Shown piece after piece: positions 18,983-27,366 of a stretch of DNA of 64,000 bases. Positions within the stretch are counted from its first letter, which is position 1; each line of letters opens with the position of its first letter. Location: IMG/VR virus record IMGVR_UViG_3300012346_000561, positions 78,358 through 142,357 of that record. One strand, 5' to 3'. The stretch is from a virus (Duplodnaviria > Heunggongvirae > Uroviricota > Caudoviricetes). The translations under genes and the position numbers were made by a program. The notes under the pieces were generated by a model that was not told where the DNA came from, did not search any database, and worked only from the letters and a program-made list of their open reading frames with translations.

Positions 18983-19636
18983 CTAATTCTCGAACACTAC
19001 TTTTAACTGAATACTTACCGGATTAGGTTGATCACTGAAGTATACATTCACATAAATTGTAGCAGTTTGCCCTATAAAGTCTGGGAAGAATGTCATACTT
19101 TGTTGAGGAGTGTAGGTGTATCTCGATTTGGTACTAAAGTATGTTTGTAATACTGATTGATTTCCGTACCAATCTAGGTGAGGTTCTATCGAATATCCTG
19201 CTAAGTTAATGATAGTACTCTGATTTGATAGTTGAGGAAATGTATAACTCTGCGTTCCAACAGGTATAGGAGTGTTCATTTGATTGCTCGACCAAAGCCC
19301 TAAGTACGAGTAAACAGGGTAAGTCCACACAATATTACCTGGAAGGTAGAAAAAGTTCGAATCAAAACAAGTTACAACATCAGGTACGTGGTTGATTTCT
19401 CTTGAAGGATCTAAAGGAGTTAGTTGTCCTTTCACAGTAAAATAGTTCAATCCTGCATGTTTAATATGCCAAACCCCTTGAGCATCTTGATAAGTTCCAG
19501 GATGTCCTTGAGTATCGATCCAGAAGGTACCATTACAATCTCCAGTCGTACAGATAGGTGTTGCATCTTCAGGAGTAGAACAGCTAAAAATGAATAAAGA
19601 AAGTAGTAGTAAAAGTAAAAACTTAAAATTTTTCAT
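18983..19636 (-). CDS. lipoprotein (hypothetical)
   Basis: signal peptide MKNFKFLLLLLLSLFIFSC with lipobox-like FSC; 217 aa. Confidence 0.5.
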   Translation of the reverse strand: MKNFKFLLLLLLSLFIFSCSTPEDATPICTTGDCNGTFWIDTQGHPGTYQDAQGVWHIKHAGLNYFTVKGQLTPLDPSREINHVPDVVTCFDSNFFYLPGNIVWTYPVYSYLGLWSSNQMNTPIPVGTQSYTFPQLSNQSTIINLAGYSIEPHLDWYGNQSVLQTYFSTKSRYTYTPQQSMTFFPDFIGQTATIYVNVYFSDQPNPVSIQLKVVFEN

Positions 19637-19728
19637 AACTTATTTTTTTTGATTGTGAGGAAAGGTACGCAAAAAAATCGTGTAAGGCAACTAAATTATC
19701 AATTATTTTTACGAACCGCGCAAGTTTT

Positions 19729-20361
19729 CTAATATATAATAGGATCACCTACCGCAAATATAGCCCCTACCTCGCGAATTTTATCGAATGCAGTTAATGG
19801 ATTAACAGTGAAGAACTCCCTAGAACCTCCCTTATCCGACGATACCCTATGTTTGGCAAATGCTTTATGAACTGCTTGTTCCACTTTCAACGCATTACCC
19901 TTACTAACAGGAAGCGCAAATTTTGCCTGCCATTCATCTACCGTGGCTGTAGCATTGATCCCATCAACCCTTGCACTAACATCTCGAACAGTCATCCCTA
20001 TCTTAACTAAAGAGGGATACCCAGGATTAGTAAGTACATATACGTACTCGGTATTATCTGTATCTCTGGCTTTAATACTACTATTTGGAATACCATGTAC
20101 ATACCTCCAAGTAATTGTGTTAGTCTCAGTATCAGTAACTCCTTCACAGATTTCTATCGTGTATTTAGCATTAAGAAAAGATAGCAGATTATTAATGGGA
20201 ACATGGCGGTGTTTTTTCTGGAGTAATACAAGATTAGTTCTCCATTGCACCCCTTGGTCCCCATAAGGTGCGATAGACTCGGGTGAACAGTCGACAATAG
20301 TTATATCGCCTTTGCTTTGCATTTGCAATGCTTGGTCTAGTGTAATTGTATCGGTAAACAT
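19729..20361 (-). CDS. T5orf172 / GIY-YIG-like domain protein
   Basis: C-terminal EYVYVLTN...LVKIGMT....REFF pattern typical of T5orf172 (MUG113) GIY-YIG-like domain. Confidence 0.5.
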   Translation of the reverse strand: MFTDTITLDQALQMQSKGDITIVDCSPESIAPYGDQGVQWRTNLVLLQKKHRHVPINNLLSFLNAKYTIEICEGVTDTETNTITWRYVHGIPNSSIKARDTDNTEYVYVLTNPGYPSLVKIGMTVRDVSARVDGINATATVDEWQAKFALPVSKGNALKVEQAVHKAFAKHRVSSDKGGSREFFTVNPLTAFDKIREVGAIFAVGDPIIY

Positions 20362-20376
20362 AACTTATTTGGTTTT

Positions 20377-20577
20377 TTATTGATTAAAGTGATCCGAGAT
20401 ATAAGCATGCATGATTGTCCCCAAGATAATAGGCCAAGCAACAATTGCTCCTAAGATTTCCATAAACGTAAAGGGTTCGGTAGACTTTGTTACTCGAATA
20501 ATCAAATCAACCCCTGCTGCACAAATTAATCCTATAGATGCGTACTGTAGGATAATGTTTAAAATTAAGATTTCCAT
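20377..20577 (-). CDS. small two-TM membrane protein
   Basis: 66 aa hydrophobic; preceded by promoter cassette. Confidence 0.4.
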   Translation of the reverse strand: MEILILNIILQYASIGLICAAGVDLIIRVTKSTEPFTFMEILGAIVAWPIILGTIMHAYISDHFNQ

Positions 20578-20640
20578 AACCGTTTTGTTTTATTATTAAT
20601 ATACATAAATATAAGGCTTTATTGTTATGTATGCAACTAT
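20578..20640 (-). promoter_or_regulatory. promoter (AGTTGCATAC -33 type)
   Basis: ATAGTTGCATACATAACAATAAAGCCTTATATTTATGTATATTAATAATAAAACAAAACGGTT-ATG; near-identical to 37228 copy. Confidence 0.45.
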
Positions 20641-21125
20641 TTTGTTGAAAATATTTCAATAAATTTGTTAATTTTACTGCATTTTTCATAATGCTCGTGT
20701 ATAATAAATACCTGTAGCATTTTATCAAGTATATCTCGTACATGCGATGTACCAAACTCTGCTGCAACCATATCTGCACTATACCTGTCTATATCATCGA
20801 TTCTATCGAGCATTTTCATTGCTTGCGAAAAATACCTTAGTTGTATCTTATCGAAAACCTCATCATAATGTATACCGTATCTGTGGCGTTGAATTTTATC
20901 GAGTAGGTAGAAATTCTCTATACTCTTAATAACTGAACCTAATACGATGAAATCGTTACTATAAACATCCTGTAGGTCATCTTGCTCGTATACAACATCA
21001 TCGTAGTTGTCGAATATCGTAAAGATGTTGTCTATGTGTATTTTTTTCATTATATTACTTTTATATAAATATATACTGCATATAGTAAAAAAACTACCGA
21101 AATTTTTTATTACGGTTTTTTGCAA
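20637..21125 (-). CDS. hypothetical protein
   Basis: 162 aa ORF. Confidence 0.4.
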   Translation of the reverse strand: MQKTVIKNFGSFFTICSIYLYKSNIMKKIHIDNIFTIFDNYDDVVYEQDDLQDVYSNDFIVLGSVIKSIENFYLLDKIQRHRYGIHYDEVFDKIQLRYFSQAMKMLDRIDDIDRYSADMVAAEFGTSHVRDILDKMLQVFIIHEHYEKCSKINKFIEIFSTK

Positions 21126-21508
21126 AATGTATCGAAAACCTTAGTTGCAAAAACGTGTATATGTTTTGTATATTAATAACAGATACAGGCAGTTCAACAT
21201 ATAACGAGTTATTTGACATATTGAATTATTGACTATTGGGATATAGGTGGTGACCGTGCTAGGGTTTAGCAGCTGGGTAGGTAGGAGGACACCTTGGGGA
21301 AATTACCCTTAGAAGAATTTTTGAGGAAGGAAAGTAACCATAACTACATCTTATTTATTTAGTTATATAAATATATATCCCTTTAGTTCAATTTCTATCA
21401 GAAAAATACAAATAGATGTAGCTCGAAAAAACCGATTAAAAAACCGTTTGATGTAAATTAACTATCAACTTTATTTCAACATGCTCTCACAGTGACGTCA
21501 CCTTGACC

Positions 21509-21540
21509 TCGGTACAAAAAGAGAAGGCCTAAGCCTCCTC
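21509..21540 (-). terminator. weak terminator-like hairpin after gene 21529..21807
   Basis: GAGAAGGC-ctaa-GCCTCCTC with T-run on minus strand (A5 at 21509-21513). Confidence 0.3.
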
Positions 21541-21807
21541 GTGTTTAAATTCCACTAAGTCTGCAAACCTATGTTTGACAACTACTTTCTTACCCATTAT
21601 GAAAGTAACCCCTTCAAAACCTACTCTACCGATCTTACTTACGTTACATTCGTAATCATCCAGTATTACCTTTTGATCTATTGCAGATCTTATTTGTCTT
21701 GAGATGTGACCTGTGTTTGCACTTCCATCATAGGAGTAAGTTGAATCTCCTCTTCTAGTTGTTCCGATTGTAAATTGTACTCCAGATAAAAATTGTTCTT
21801 TAGTCAT
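21529..21807 (-). CDS. early hypothetical protein
   Basis: 92 aa; conserved promoter cassette immediately upstream. Confidence 0.45.
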   Translation of the reverse strand: MTKEQFLSGVQFTIGTTRRGDSTYSYDGSANTGHISRQIRSAIDQKVILDDYECNVSKIGRVGFEGVTFIMGKKVVVKHRFADLVEFKHEEA

Positions 21808-21872
21808 AATGTTATTTGTTTTAATTATTGATACCTAAAGATACTGAAATTAATTTACTTATGCAACTATCT
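21808..21872 (-). promoter_or_regulatory. class-1 conserved early promoter cassette
   Basis: minus-sense AGTTGCATAAG(-33)-20nt-TATCTTTAGGTATCAATAATTAAAACA-ATG. Confidence 0.5.
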
Positions 21873-22089
21873 TGAGAGATTTTTTATCTACTGATACTAA
21901 TTTACTTTCTCTTGTCTTGAGTACTGCTTCATCGTTCTCGTAGAATATTTGTACTAGCACTCCTTCTACTTCCTTACCAAAGAATTTGTCTACCCCTCGA
22001 TACACTACTCCTATTATTGGAGTGGAGGTCTTGGGAATATTCTTAGAAGCCCTCAACTTCCACTTACCTCTTAAATCTTGTTCTGCCAT
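21859..22089 (-). CDS. early hypothetical protein
   Basis: 76 aa; ATGA overlap with upstream gene. Confidence 0.4.
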   Translation of the reverse strand: MAEQDLRGKWKLRASKNIPKTSTPIIGVVYRGVDKFFGKEVEGVLVQIFYENDEAVLKTRESKLVSVDKKSLKIVA

Positions 22090-22298
22090 TACACCATCTC
22101 CTTATCAACTTGTTCTTGAAAATTCTCTAATGCCAATCTGTAACCAAAGTTCATTGCCATTTGCATTAACAATAAATCCATCGATCCGTGATTGGCTTTT
22201 GCAAATGATTCTAGATCTTCTCTAGTGTTTGGAGTTGCAACTATTCCTCTACTTAACATGTTAAACTCTCCTACTAAATACTCTTGTAAATTTTCCAT
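22089..22298 (-). CDS. early hypothetical protein
   Basis: 69 aa; promoter cassette upstream. Confidence 0.4.
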   Translation of the reverse strand: MENLQEYLVGEFNMLSRGIVATPNTREDLESFAKANHGSMDLLLMQMAMNFGYRLALENFQEQVDKEMV

Positions 22299-22375
22299 GA
22301 TGTTATTTGTTTTAATTATTAATGAGATAAAGATAAGAAATTATATAATGCGAGACAACTTTTATTCGTCGTCTC
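22299..22375 (-). promoter_or_regulatory. class-1 promoter cassette (variant)
   Basis: AAAGTTGTCTCGCATTATATAATTTCTTATCTTTATCTCATTAATAATTAAAACA. Confidence 0.45.
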
Positions 22376-22730
22376 TTTCTTCATCAACTCTTTCTAATTC
22401 AACAACATCTTGTTCAACTTCTGCTTCTCCAAAATCCATGAAGTTATTTTCTAATGCCTCTCTGATCTCTTCAAAGTTAATTTGAACACTAGTACATGCA
22501 ATTTTATTTCCCCATTCAATTTCAAACTCAGCATTCTCTAAATCCAATATGTCTCTTTCATTGTTTTCAATCCAATCAATTGTTCGATCGATCGCTCTCT
22601 GAATATCAGTAGTAGTAATTTCTCTACTTGAACCTACTTCAATTGAATTGATAATGTTGATAACATCTTCTGTACTGAAGATTGAACTTACTGAATTCTG
22701 AACTGCTTGTACTGCTTCTAATTTTGTCAT
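22362..22730 (-). CDS. early hypothetical acidic protein
   Basis: 122 aa; promoter cassette upstream. Confidence 0.45.
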   Translation of the reverse strand: MTKLEAVQAVQNSVSSIFSTEDVINIINSIEVGSSREITTTDIQRAIDRTIDWIENNERDILDLENAEFEIEWGNKIACTSVQINFEEIREALENNFMDFGEAEVEQDVVELERVDEERDDE

Positions 22731-22795
22731 AACTTTTATTGTTTTAATTATTGATACCTAAAGATACTCTTTTTCTACTTACGAAGCAACTTTTT
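22731..22795 (-). promoter_or_regulatory. class-1 promoter cassette
   Basis: AAAAAGTTGCTTCG...TATCTTTAGGTATCAATAATTAAAAC. Confidence 0.5.
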
Positions 22796-23006
22796 ATTCA
22801 ATTACTTTACTTTGTAGAAACTTAATAAACTTTTTAAGTTCTTGTTGATTAAGAAACAAATGTTCACTACCCCCAATCTTACTATCGCATTCAATTTCAA
22901 CATCTCCATCAGAATGACTTGAAATATTCCAAGTAGACCATTTTTGTTCAATAGTCATACTATTCCATTGTGGGTTATTTTCGAAGGTTGTAATTTCTAT
23001 AGACAT
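22794..23006 (-). CDS. early hypothetical protein
   Basis: 70 aa; promoter cassette upstream. Confidence 0.45.
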   Translation of the reverse strand: MSIEITTFENNPQWNSMTIEQKWSTWNISSHSDGDVEIECDSKIGGSEHLFLNQQELKKFIKFLQSKVIE

Positions 23007-23073
23007 AACTTATATTGTTTTAATTATTGATACCTAAAGATAGTAAATTATTTAATGCGAGACAACATTTTTG
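23007..23073 (-). promoter_or_regulatory. class-1 promoter cassette
   Basis: AAATGTTGTCTCGCATTA...TATCTTTAGGTATCAATAATTAAAACA. Confidence 0.5.
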
Positions 23074-23367
23074 TTAATTAATATAAATTTTTTCTCCATC
23101 CCATTCCTCTCCATTCAAATACGTTTGACCTTTCTTAACATTAACTCTAACATCATCTAAACCATTCAATCTTTCGAATGTAGTTCTAGTAGGCCATCCT
23201 GCATCTGTAATCCAAACTCCCATACGATCCATTCCTGCAATTGTATTACCATGAAGTTTTAATAATGGATACCCATCATCCTCAATCTGAACTGACATGT
23301 TTGACTTGTTGAACTTTACTCTGTTGTAGAAATTCTGAACTGACTCTTGTGTGATTTTTCTTGACAT
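23074..23367 (-). CDS. early hypothetical protein
   Basis: 97 aa; promoter cassette upstream. Confidence 0.45.
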   Translation of the reverse strand: MSRKITQESVQNFYNRVKFNKSNMSVQIEDDGYPLLKLHGNTIAGMDRMGVWITDAGWPTRTTFERLNGLDDVRVNVKKGQTYLNGEEWDGEKIYIN

Positions 23368-23436
23368 AACTTTTATTGTTTTAATTATTGATACCTAAAG
23401 ATAGTGAATAATATAATACGAGACAACAGTCTCACT
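23368..23436 (-). promoter_or_regulatory. class-1 promoter cassette
   Basis: same core, CTGTTGTCTCGTATTATATT...TATCTTTAGGTATCAATAATTAAAACA. Confidence 0.5.
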
Positions 23437-23620
23437 GATTTATTTTATAAAGGGATGTAATATGAAACATCCCCTATTCTAATGAACTGATCTTTGTTGA
23501 AGTTCTTTTTTGCATTTTTCAAATATGTAGCAGTACCATATGTTACTCCGTTCAACTTGATTGTATTCTTTGTAGTTTTGATTTTATTTGACATGATTGT
23601 AAGTTTAATGTTAGTTAATA

Positions 23621-23890
23621 TTATTTTCTGTAGAAACAAAACCTTGTACCAGGAACACTGTGATACCCGTATTTTGATTGATTGTACTTTGTGTAAGCAA
23701 GTTTGAAACCTTTGTTCGACATATCTTCGACAATCTGATCGATGATAGGCTGAGAGTACTGAGTGAAGCAAACTTTTACACCTACAGCGAGACCTTTTTT
23801 TCTAGTATCAGAGTATACTAATTGTTGGAATACGTGACCTGTAACTTTAGTAATACTTTTTTTCAATTCTGAAGTAATTGAATTTTTCAT
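23621..23890 (-). CDS. early hypothetical protein
   Basis: 89 aa; promoter cassette upstream; the overlapping ORF 23445..23771 judged mostly spurious (possible 49-aa gene 23445..23594). Confidence 0.45.
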   Translation of the reverse strand: MKNSITSELKKSITKVTGHVFQQLVYSDTRKKGLAVGVKVCFTQYSQPIIDQIVEDMSNKGFKLAYTKYNQSKYGYHSVPGTRFCFYRK

Positions 23891-23958
23891 AGTTTTATAT
23901 TGTTTTAATTATTGATACCTAAAGATAGTCTTTTAAATAATGCGAGACAACTTTTTTT
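23891..23958 (-). promoter_or_regulatory. class-1 promoter cassette
   Basis: AAAAAGTTGTCTCGCATTATTTAAAAGACTATCTTTAGGTATCAATAATTAAAACA. Confidence 0.5.
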
Positions 23959-24034
23959 ACAATTATTTTCAATTTATTTTATAACCCAAAAGAGCCACCC
24001 TAAGGTAGCTCTCTCTTCGATCAATAATTAAAAA

Positions 24035-24823
24035 CTATTCAGCTAAAGTGCGCTGAACAATACTTTCTCGTAGCCAGTAGACCTGGTCCACAATGCTCTC
24101 TACGTTGCAATTTTCTTCTCTACTTGTATGATCTCCGTGAGCGAAGTTAAATACAACAGTACCTTTCTTACCACTCTTACTTGGATCAGTCAACCTGATC
24201 GACTTGATAGTTGGAGTGTAGTTATATTTTAATTGAATACCCCTTCCTTTATCGAAAGTTATTCCTTCATCTTTCAAATCAAATTCAATCTTTTCTTTTA
24301 TCAAGAAAGTGATCATTCTCTCTACTCCATTAATCTCTATTCCCAATTCATGCAATTCTCTGTACACTACCTCAAATTCTGCCCTGAAAGGAATTACAGC
24401 ACTATTAACAGCATCCAACATTTTATCCTGATCCTTCAGAACAATCTCTGCTAAATCTCCTAACATTCTCAATCTTCTTAATTCCCAAGCATCAACTCCT
24501 TTTGTAGAGGTTGTATAGTAAGACAAGTCCACTCCTGTAAAAGACTTGCTATTCTTCCCTCCATCAAGATTATAATTCTCCCTTAAGTACAAACTAAATA
24601 ATTCTTTTTTGTAAGAGTAATCTGGATGATCTGCTTTAAAGTAAACAGACCCTCTAGTTACTTCAATATATGTATATGGACTAAATCCTGTGAAGAAAGG
24701 AAGTAAAGCATCTGAGATTGCTTGTTGCTCTCTTGTATAGATGTCATCACTCTTCTTCTGTAATTCTAATTTGCTTGCTGTAAGGACTGCCTTTTGATCC
24801 TCTAATAAACTTAATCTTGTCAT
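24035..24823 (-). CDS. early hypothetical protein
   Basis: 262 aa; promoter cassette upstream. Confidence 0.5.
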   Translation of the reverse strand: MTRLSLLEDQKAVLTASKLELQKKSDDIYTREQQAISDALLPFFTGFSPYTYIEVTRGSVYFKADHPDYSYKKELFSLYLRENYNLDGGKNSKSFTGVDLSYYTTSTKGVDAWELRRLRMLGDLAEIVLKDQDKMLDAVNSAVIPFRAEFEVVYRELHELGIEINGVERMITFLIKEKIEFDLKDEGITFDKGRGIQLKYNYTPTIKSIRLTDPSKSGKKGTVVFNFAHGDHTSREENCNVESIVDQVYWLRESIVQRTLAE

Positions 24824-24892
24824 AATGTTATATGTTTTAATTATTGATACCTAAAGATAGTCCTTTTAACAACACGAAGCAACTTTTTTTTA
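24824..24892 (-). promoter_or_regulatory. class-1 promoter cassette
   Basis: AAAAAAGTTGCTTCGTGTTGTTAAAAGGACTATCTTTAGGTATCAATAATTAAAACA. Confidence 0.5.
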
Positions 24893-25444
24893 AAGTTTTT
24901 CCAAAACTTTTTTAATAAAATTTTGATCGTAATCCGTAGTGCTGAAGTATTCTGTAAGAAATTCTTTTGCGTCTTGTCTGTTAAACTCAACTTCAAATTC
25001 ATTCTCCCAAGTATCATCACCATTAATAACCATTAGTAAAATACTATCGATCAGAAATTTATCATTATACAACCCAGTAACTTCATCTGCAGTTAAAGTT
25101 AAACGACCTAATGCTCTTGGAATTACAATAGTGTCTTGTTTAGTAGTTTCAACCACTTCAACTTTCTCAACTACTGGAGATGCAATATTATAAACAAATC
25201 GACTTTGATTTTTCTTTTTCTCAGTTCGACATACTAAACCCTTAGCGACAGCTCGTCTCAACAAGTCTGCGTATTTTTTATTTGATTCTAATTGTCTGGG
25301 AGCGTATCTGTAATAACCCCAAACACCCTCTTGGATTTCAGATTCTGTTTGATTTGGATTGTTAGTTAAGAATTCGACAATCTGCTTAACTGAATTTCTT
25401 GGCTGGTCAAAACCTTTGCCCATTAACATTGTTGAGTAACCCAT
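24890..25444 (-). CDS. early hypothetical protein
   Basis: 184 aa; promoter cassette upstream. Confidence 0.5.
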   Translation of the reverse strand: MGYSTMLMGKGFDQPRNSVKQIVEFLTNNPNQTESEIQEGVWGYYRYAPRQLESNKKYADLLRRAVAKGLVCRTEKKKNQSRFVYNIASPVVEKVEVVETTKQDTIVIPRALGRLTLTADEVTGLYNDKFLIDSILLMVINGDDTWENEFEVEFNRQDAKEFLTEYFSTTDYDQNFIKKVLEKL

Positions 25445-25512
25445 GATTTATATTGTTTTAATTATTGATACCTAAAGATAGTTAAAAATATAATACGAAG
25501 CAACTTTTTTTA
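25445..25512 (-). promoter_or_regulatory. class-1 promoter cassette
   Basis: AAAAAGTTGCTTCGTATTATATTTTTAACTATCTTTAGGTATCAATAATTAAAACA. Confidence 0.5.
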
Positions 25513-25645
25513 CAATTAATTTAAAGATAAATTTGCTTGGGCCATTTTAACAACTAATTCCTGAGGGTTGAAAGACATGTAAGAAACTCCTCCTAAATTT
25601 ACTTCGTAATAAGTAACTCCTAATAATACTACCTTTTTCATAACT

Positions 25646-26053
25646 CTATTGATTTAAAACTGAGAATTGATTCTCGTATGAATAATTCATAACAAATACT
25701 TTGTCAGCCCAAGTCTTAGCTCCTACTGCCTGGTATTGCTCCTGAGAGTATAGATTTGTGTTGTAGAACAATTGATTAACAGTACCTACTTCCAATTGCT
25801 CAGCAATCTCTTTATCCAATATACCTACTCTAGTACTCTTTCTAGCAAATACTGTTAACCAGTAGTTACATCCTTCAGGCTGGAATTGAATAGTCTGTAG
25901 AGCTCCTTTCTTCCATCTGTTTAGGGAAGGTAACTCAGATCCTATTTCATATGCCGTATAGAAACCTGCCTGTGTTTTAACAATAGCTTCATAAGTACCT
26001 TTTCTACCGTTAATGAAATCTACTACCTGTAATCCTTTAATTGTGTTGATCAT
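25646..26053 (-). CDS. early hypothetical protein
   Basis: 135 aa; promoter cassette variant upstream. Confidence 0.5.
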   Translation of the reverse strand: MINTIKGLQVVDFINGRKGTYEAIVKTQAGFYTAYEIGSELPSLNRWKKGALQTIQFQPEGCNYWLTVFARKSTRVGILDKEIAEQLEVGTVNQLFYNTNLYSQEQYQAVGAKTWADKVFVMNYSYENQFSVLNQ

Positions 26054-26118
26054 GATTTTTGTCGTTTTAATTATTGATGGGGTAAAGATACTGCTTTAGG
26101 GAATACGAGGCAACAGGT
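26054..26118 (-). promoter_or_regulatory. class-1 promoter cassette (diverged -7 flank)
   Basis: CTGTTGCCTCGTATTCCCTAAAGCAGTATCTTTACCCCATCAATAATTAAAACGACAAAAATC. Confidence 0.45.
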
Positions 26119-26294
26119 AAGGGTAATTTAGAATGAAAATAAATAACAAATTATTTTAGCCAAAGTGTTGCATATGAAGATCTTTAGGCGTATCTTTAGG
26201 TATTGAAAAAGCAAGGAGCTGTCAAGGGGCCTGGTTCGAGAGATCCGGAAGAGTAGACCGGACAGCGCTCCACACTCGTTACTTAAAGTAAAGC

Positions 26295-26360
26295 TTTAAC
26301 TGAAAGCAATACTTTCACTTCCATCAACACTTTAACTGAAAGCTTTAGTTTAACTGAAAG
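26295..26360. repeat. 3 direct copies of TTTAACTGAAAG
   Basis: copies at 26296-26307, 26330-26341, 26349-26360. Confidence 0.5.
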
Positions 26361-26379
26361 TAATGATTTAAGTAAAAAG

Positions 26380-26412
26380 AAAAAGGATCCTGTTTGGATC
26401 CTCTTTTTTTAT
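26380..26412. terminator. bidirectional rho-independent terminator
   Basis: AAAAAGGATCC-tgttt-GGATCCTCTTTTTTT: 7-bp stem flanked by A-run and T-run. Confidence 0.55.
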
Positions 26413-26510
26413 GTTTGTCTTTTCTGTCGTAAGTTTTTTTGCTCTTGTGCACCTTGTGCTGAGAAGCTGCCCACCTTTCCTGGAGGGTTACTTGAATTGT
26501 TTTCATAAGG

Positions 26511-26726
26511 CTAATAAAAATACATATTGTGAATGATTGTGTTGTCCAGGAGAATCTTCTGCCCTACGTGAGCATTGCTCCACTGAGCTCTACTATACAT
26601 AGTTGCAGTTACCTCTAAGGTGCTTTTAAATTTCCCTACTGAGATTAATTTAGCCTTTAGGGTAGGAGAGTAATTACACGAACAATCTTTCCCTATTACT
26701 GATTTTAATTCCTCGATACGTGTCAT
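26511..26726 (-). CDS. hypothetical protein (start revised to ATG at 26724-26726)
   Basis: promoter cassette at 26727-26790 lies inside the longer track ORF 26511..26825, so internal Met (MTRIEELK) is the likely start. Confidence 0.4.
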   Translation of the reverse strand: MTRIEELKSVIGKDCSCNYSPTLKAKLISVGKFKSTLEVTATMYSRAQWSNAHVGQKILLDNTIIHNMYFY

Positions 26727-26790
26727 ATGTTTGTCTTTAGTTCCTAAAGATACTGCTTTTTTTGTTACGAGACAACATTTTTTTACATTA
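26727..26790 (-). promoter_or_regulatory. class-1 promoter cassette (diverged downstream half)
   Basis: AAAAATGTTGTCTCGTAACAAAAAAAGCAGTATCTTTAGGAACTAAAGACAAACAT-ATG. Confidence 0.45.
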
Positions 26791-26853
26791 TTCGCAATAC
26801 TTTTAAGTTTTCCTATAAGGGACAATTATCACATTCTCAACAGTTCTGCAATT

Positions 26854-27025
26854 CGGTTGCGAATCCGTTAACCAAACGGTTCCTTAGACGGTTAGCCAAC
26901 TGGTTTCCAGGTCGGTTAGCCAAACGGTTCTGTAGACGGTTCACCAAACAGTTACCCAAACGGTTTCTTAGGCGGTTTCGTAGACGGTTTGCCAATCGGT
27001 TACCCAATCAGTTTTTTAATCGGTT
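26854..27025. repeat. 15 tandem 12-bp-phased CGGTT (CAGTT) iteron-like repeats
   Basis: CGGTT/CAGTT/TGGTT start at 26854, 26865, 26877, 26889, 26901, 26913, 26925, 26937, 26949, 26961, 26973, 26985, 26997, 27009, 27021; unit consensus nnCnAAnCGGTT. Confidence 0.7.
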
Positions 27026-27029
27026 AGGT

Positions 27030-27295
27030 AGGATAAAAACCACCTATATACAAATTTGTTAAGAGGAGGAGACACACGTGACATTTTTTACCTATATCTC
27101 CTACCCTTTACTTTACCATTTTCTACACATTATATAGCCAACCTAGTACTTTGTATAACCTATTACCTTGTATTTGATACATTTGGTTATATTTTTATAT
27201 ACTTTACAATCTATACATTACCATATGATTTACCTAGTGTTTCTAACGTATTTTCCCTTGTTATACCACGGGATCTTGTAAGGTACGATCGCTTT
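27030..27295. other. AT-rich tract between the two CGGTT arrays (candidate DNA-unwinding element)
   Basis: ~265 bp with no credible ORF, A+T visibly higher than flanks; plus-strand ORF 27056..27397 judged spurious. Confidence 0.4.
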
Positions 27296-27301
27296 GCTAA
27301 T

Positions 27302-27366
27302 CGGTTATGCAAACGGGTGCACAAACGGTTATCCAATCGGTTTTGTGATCGGTTTACTTATCAGTT
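27302..27366. repeat. second array, 6 copies of 12-bp-phased CGGTT repeat, same orientation
   Basis: CGGTT/CGGGT/CAGTT at 27302, 27314, 27326, 27338, 27350, 27362. Confidence 0.65.

Noticed and set aside
26225-26290. tRNA gene suggested by GGTTCGAG T-loop-like motif
   Set aside because: Could not assemble a cloverleaf: sequence flanking the putative T-loop (CCTGG / GATCC) does not pair, and no acceptor stem found on either strand; left as 'structured element' only.
26727-26825. N-terminal 33-aa extension of ORF 26511..26825
   Set aside because: It contains a full copy of the conserved promoter cassette; the gene most likely starts at the ATG at 26724-26726.
26854-27025. CRISPR array
   Set aside because: Units are 12 bp and directly abut one another with no unique spacers; no cas genes nearby apart from a lone Cas4-like nuclease 22 kb away.
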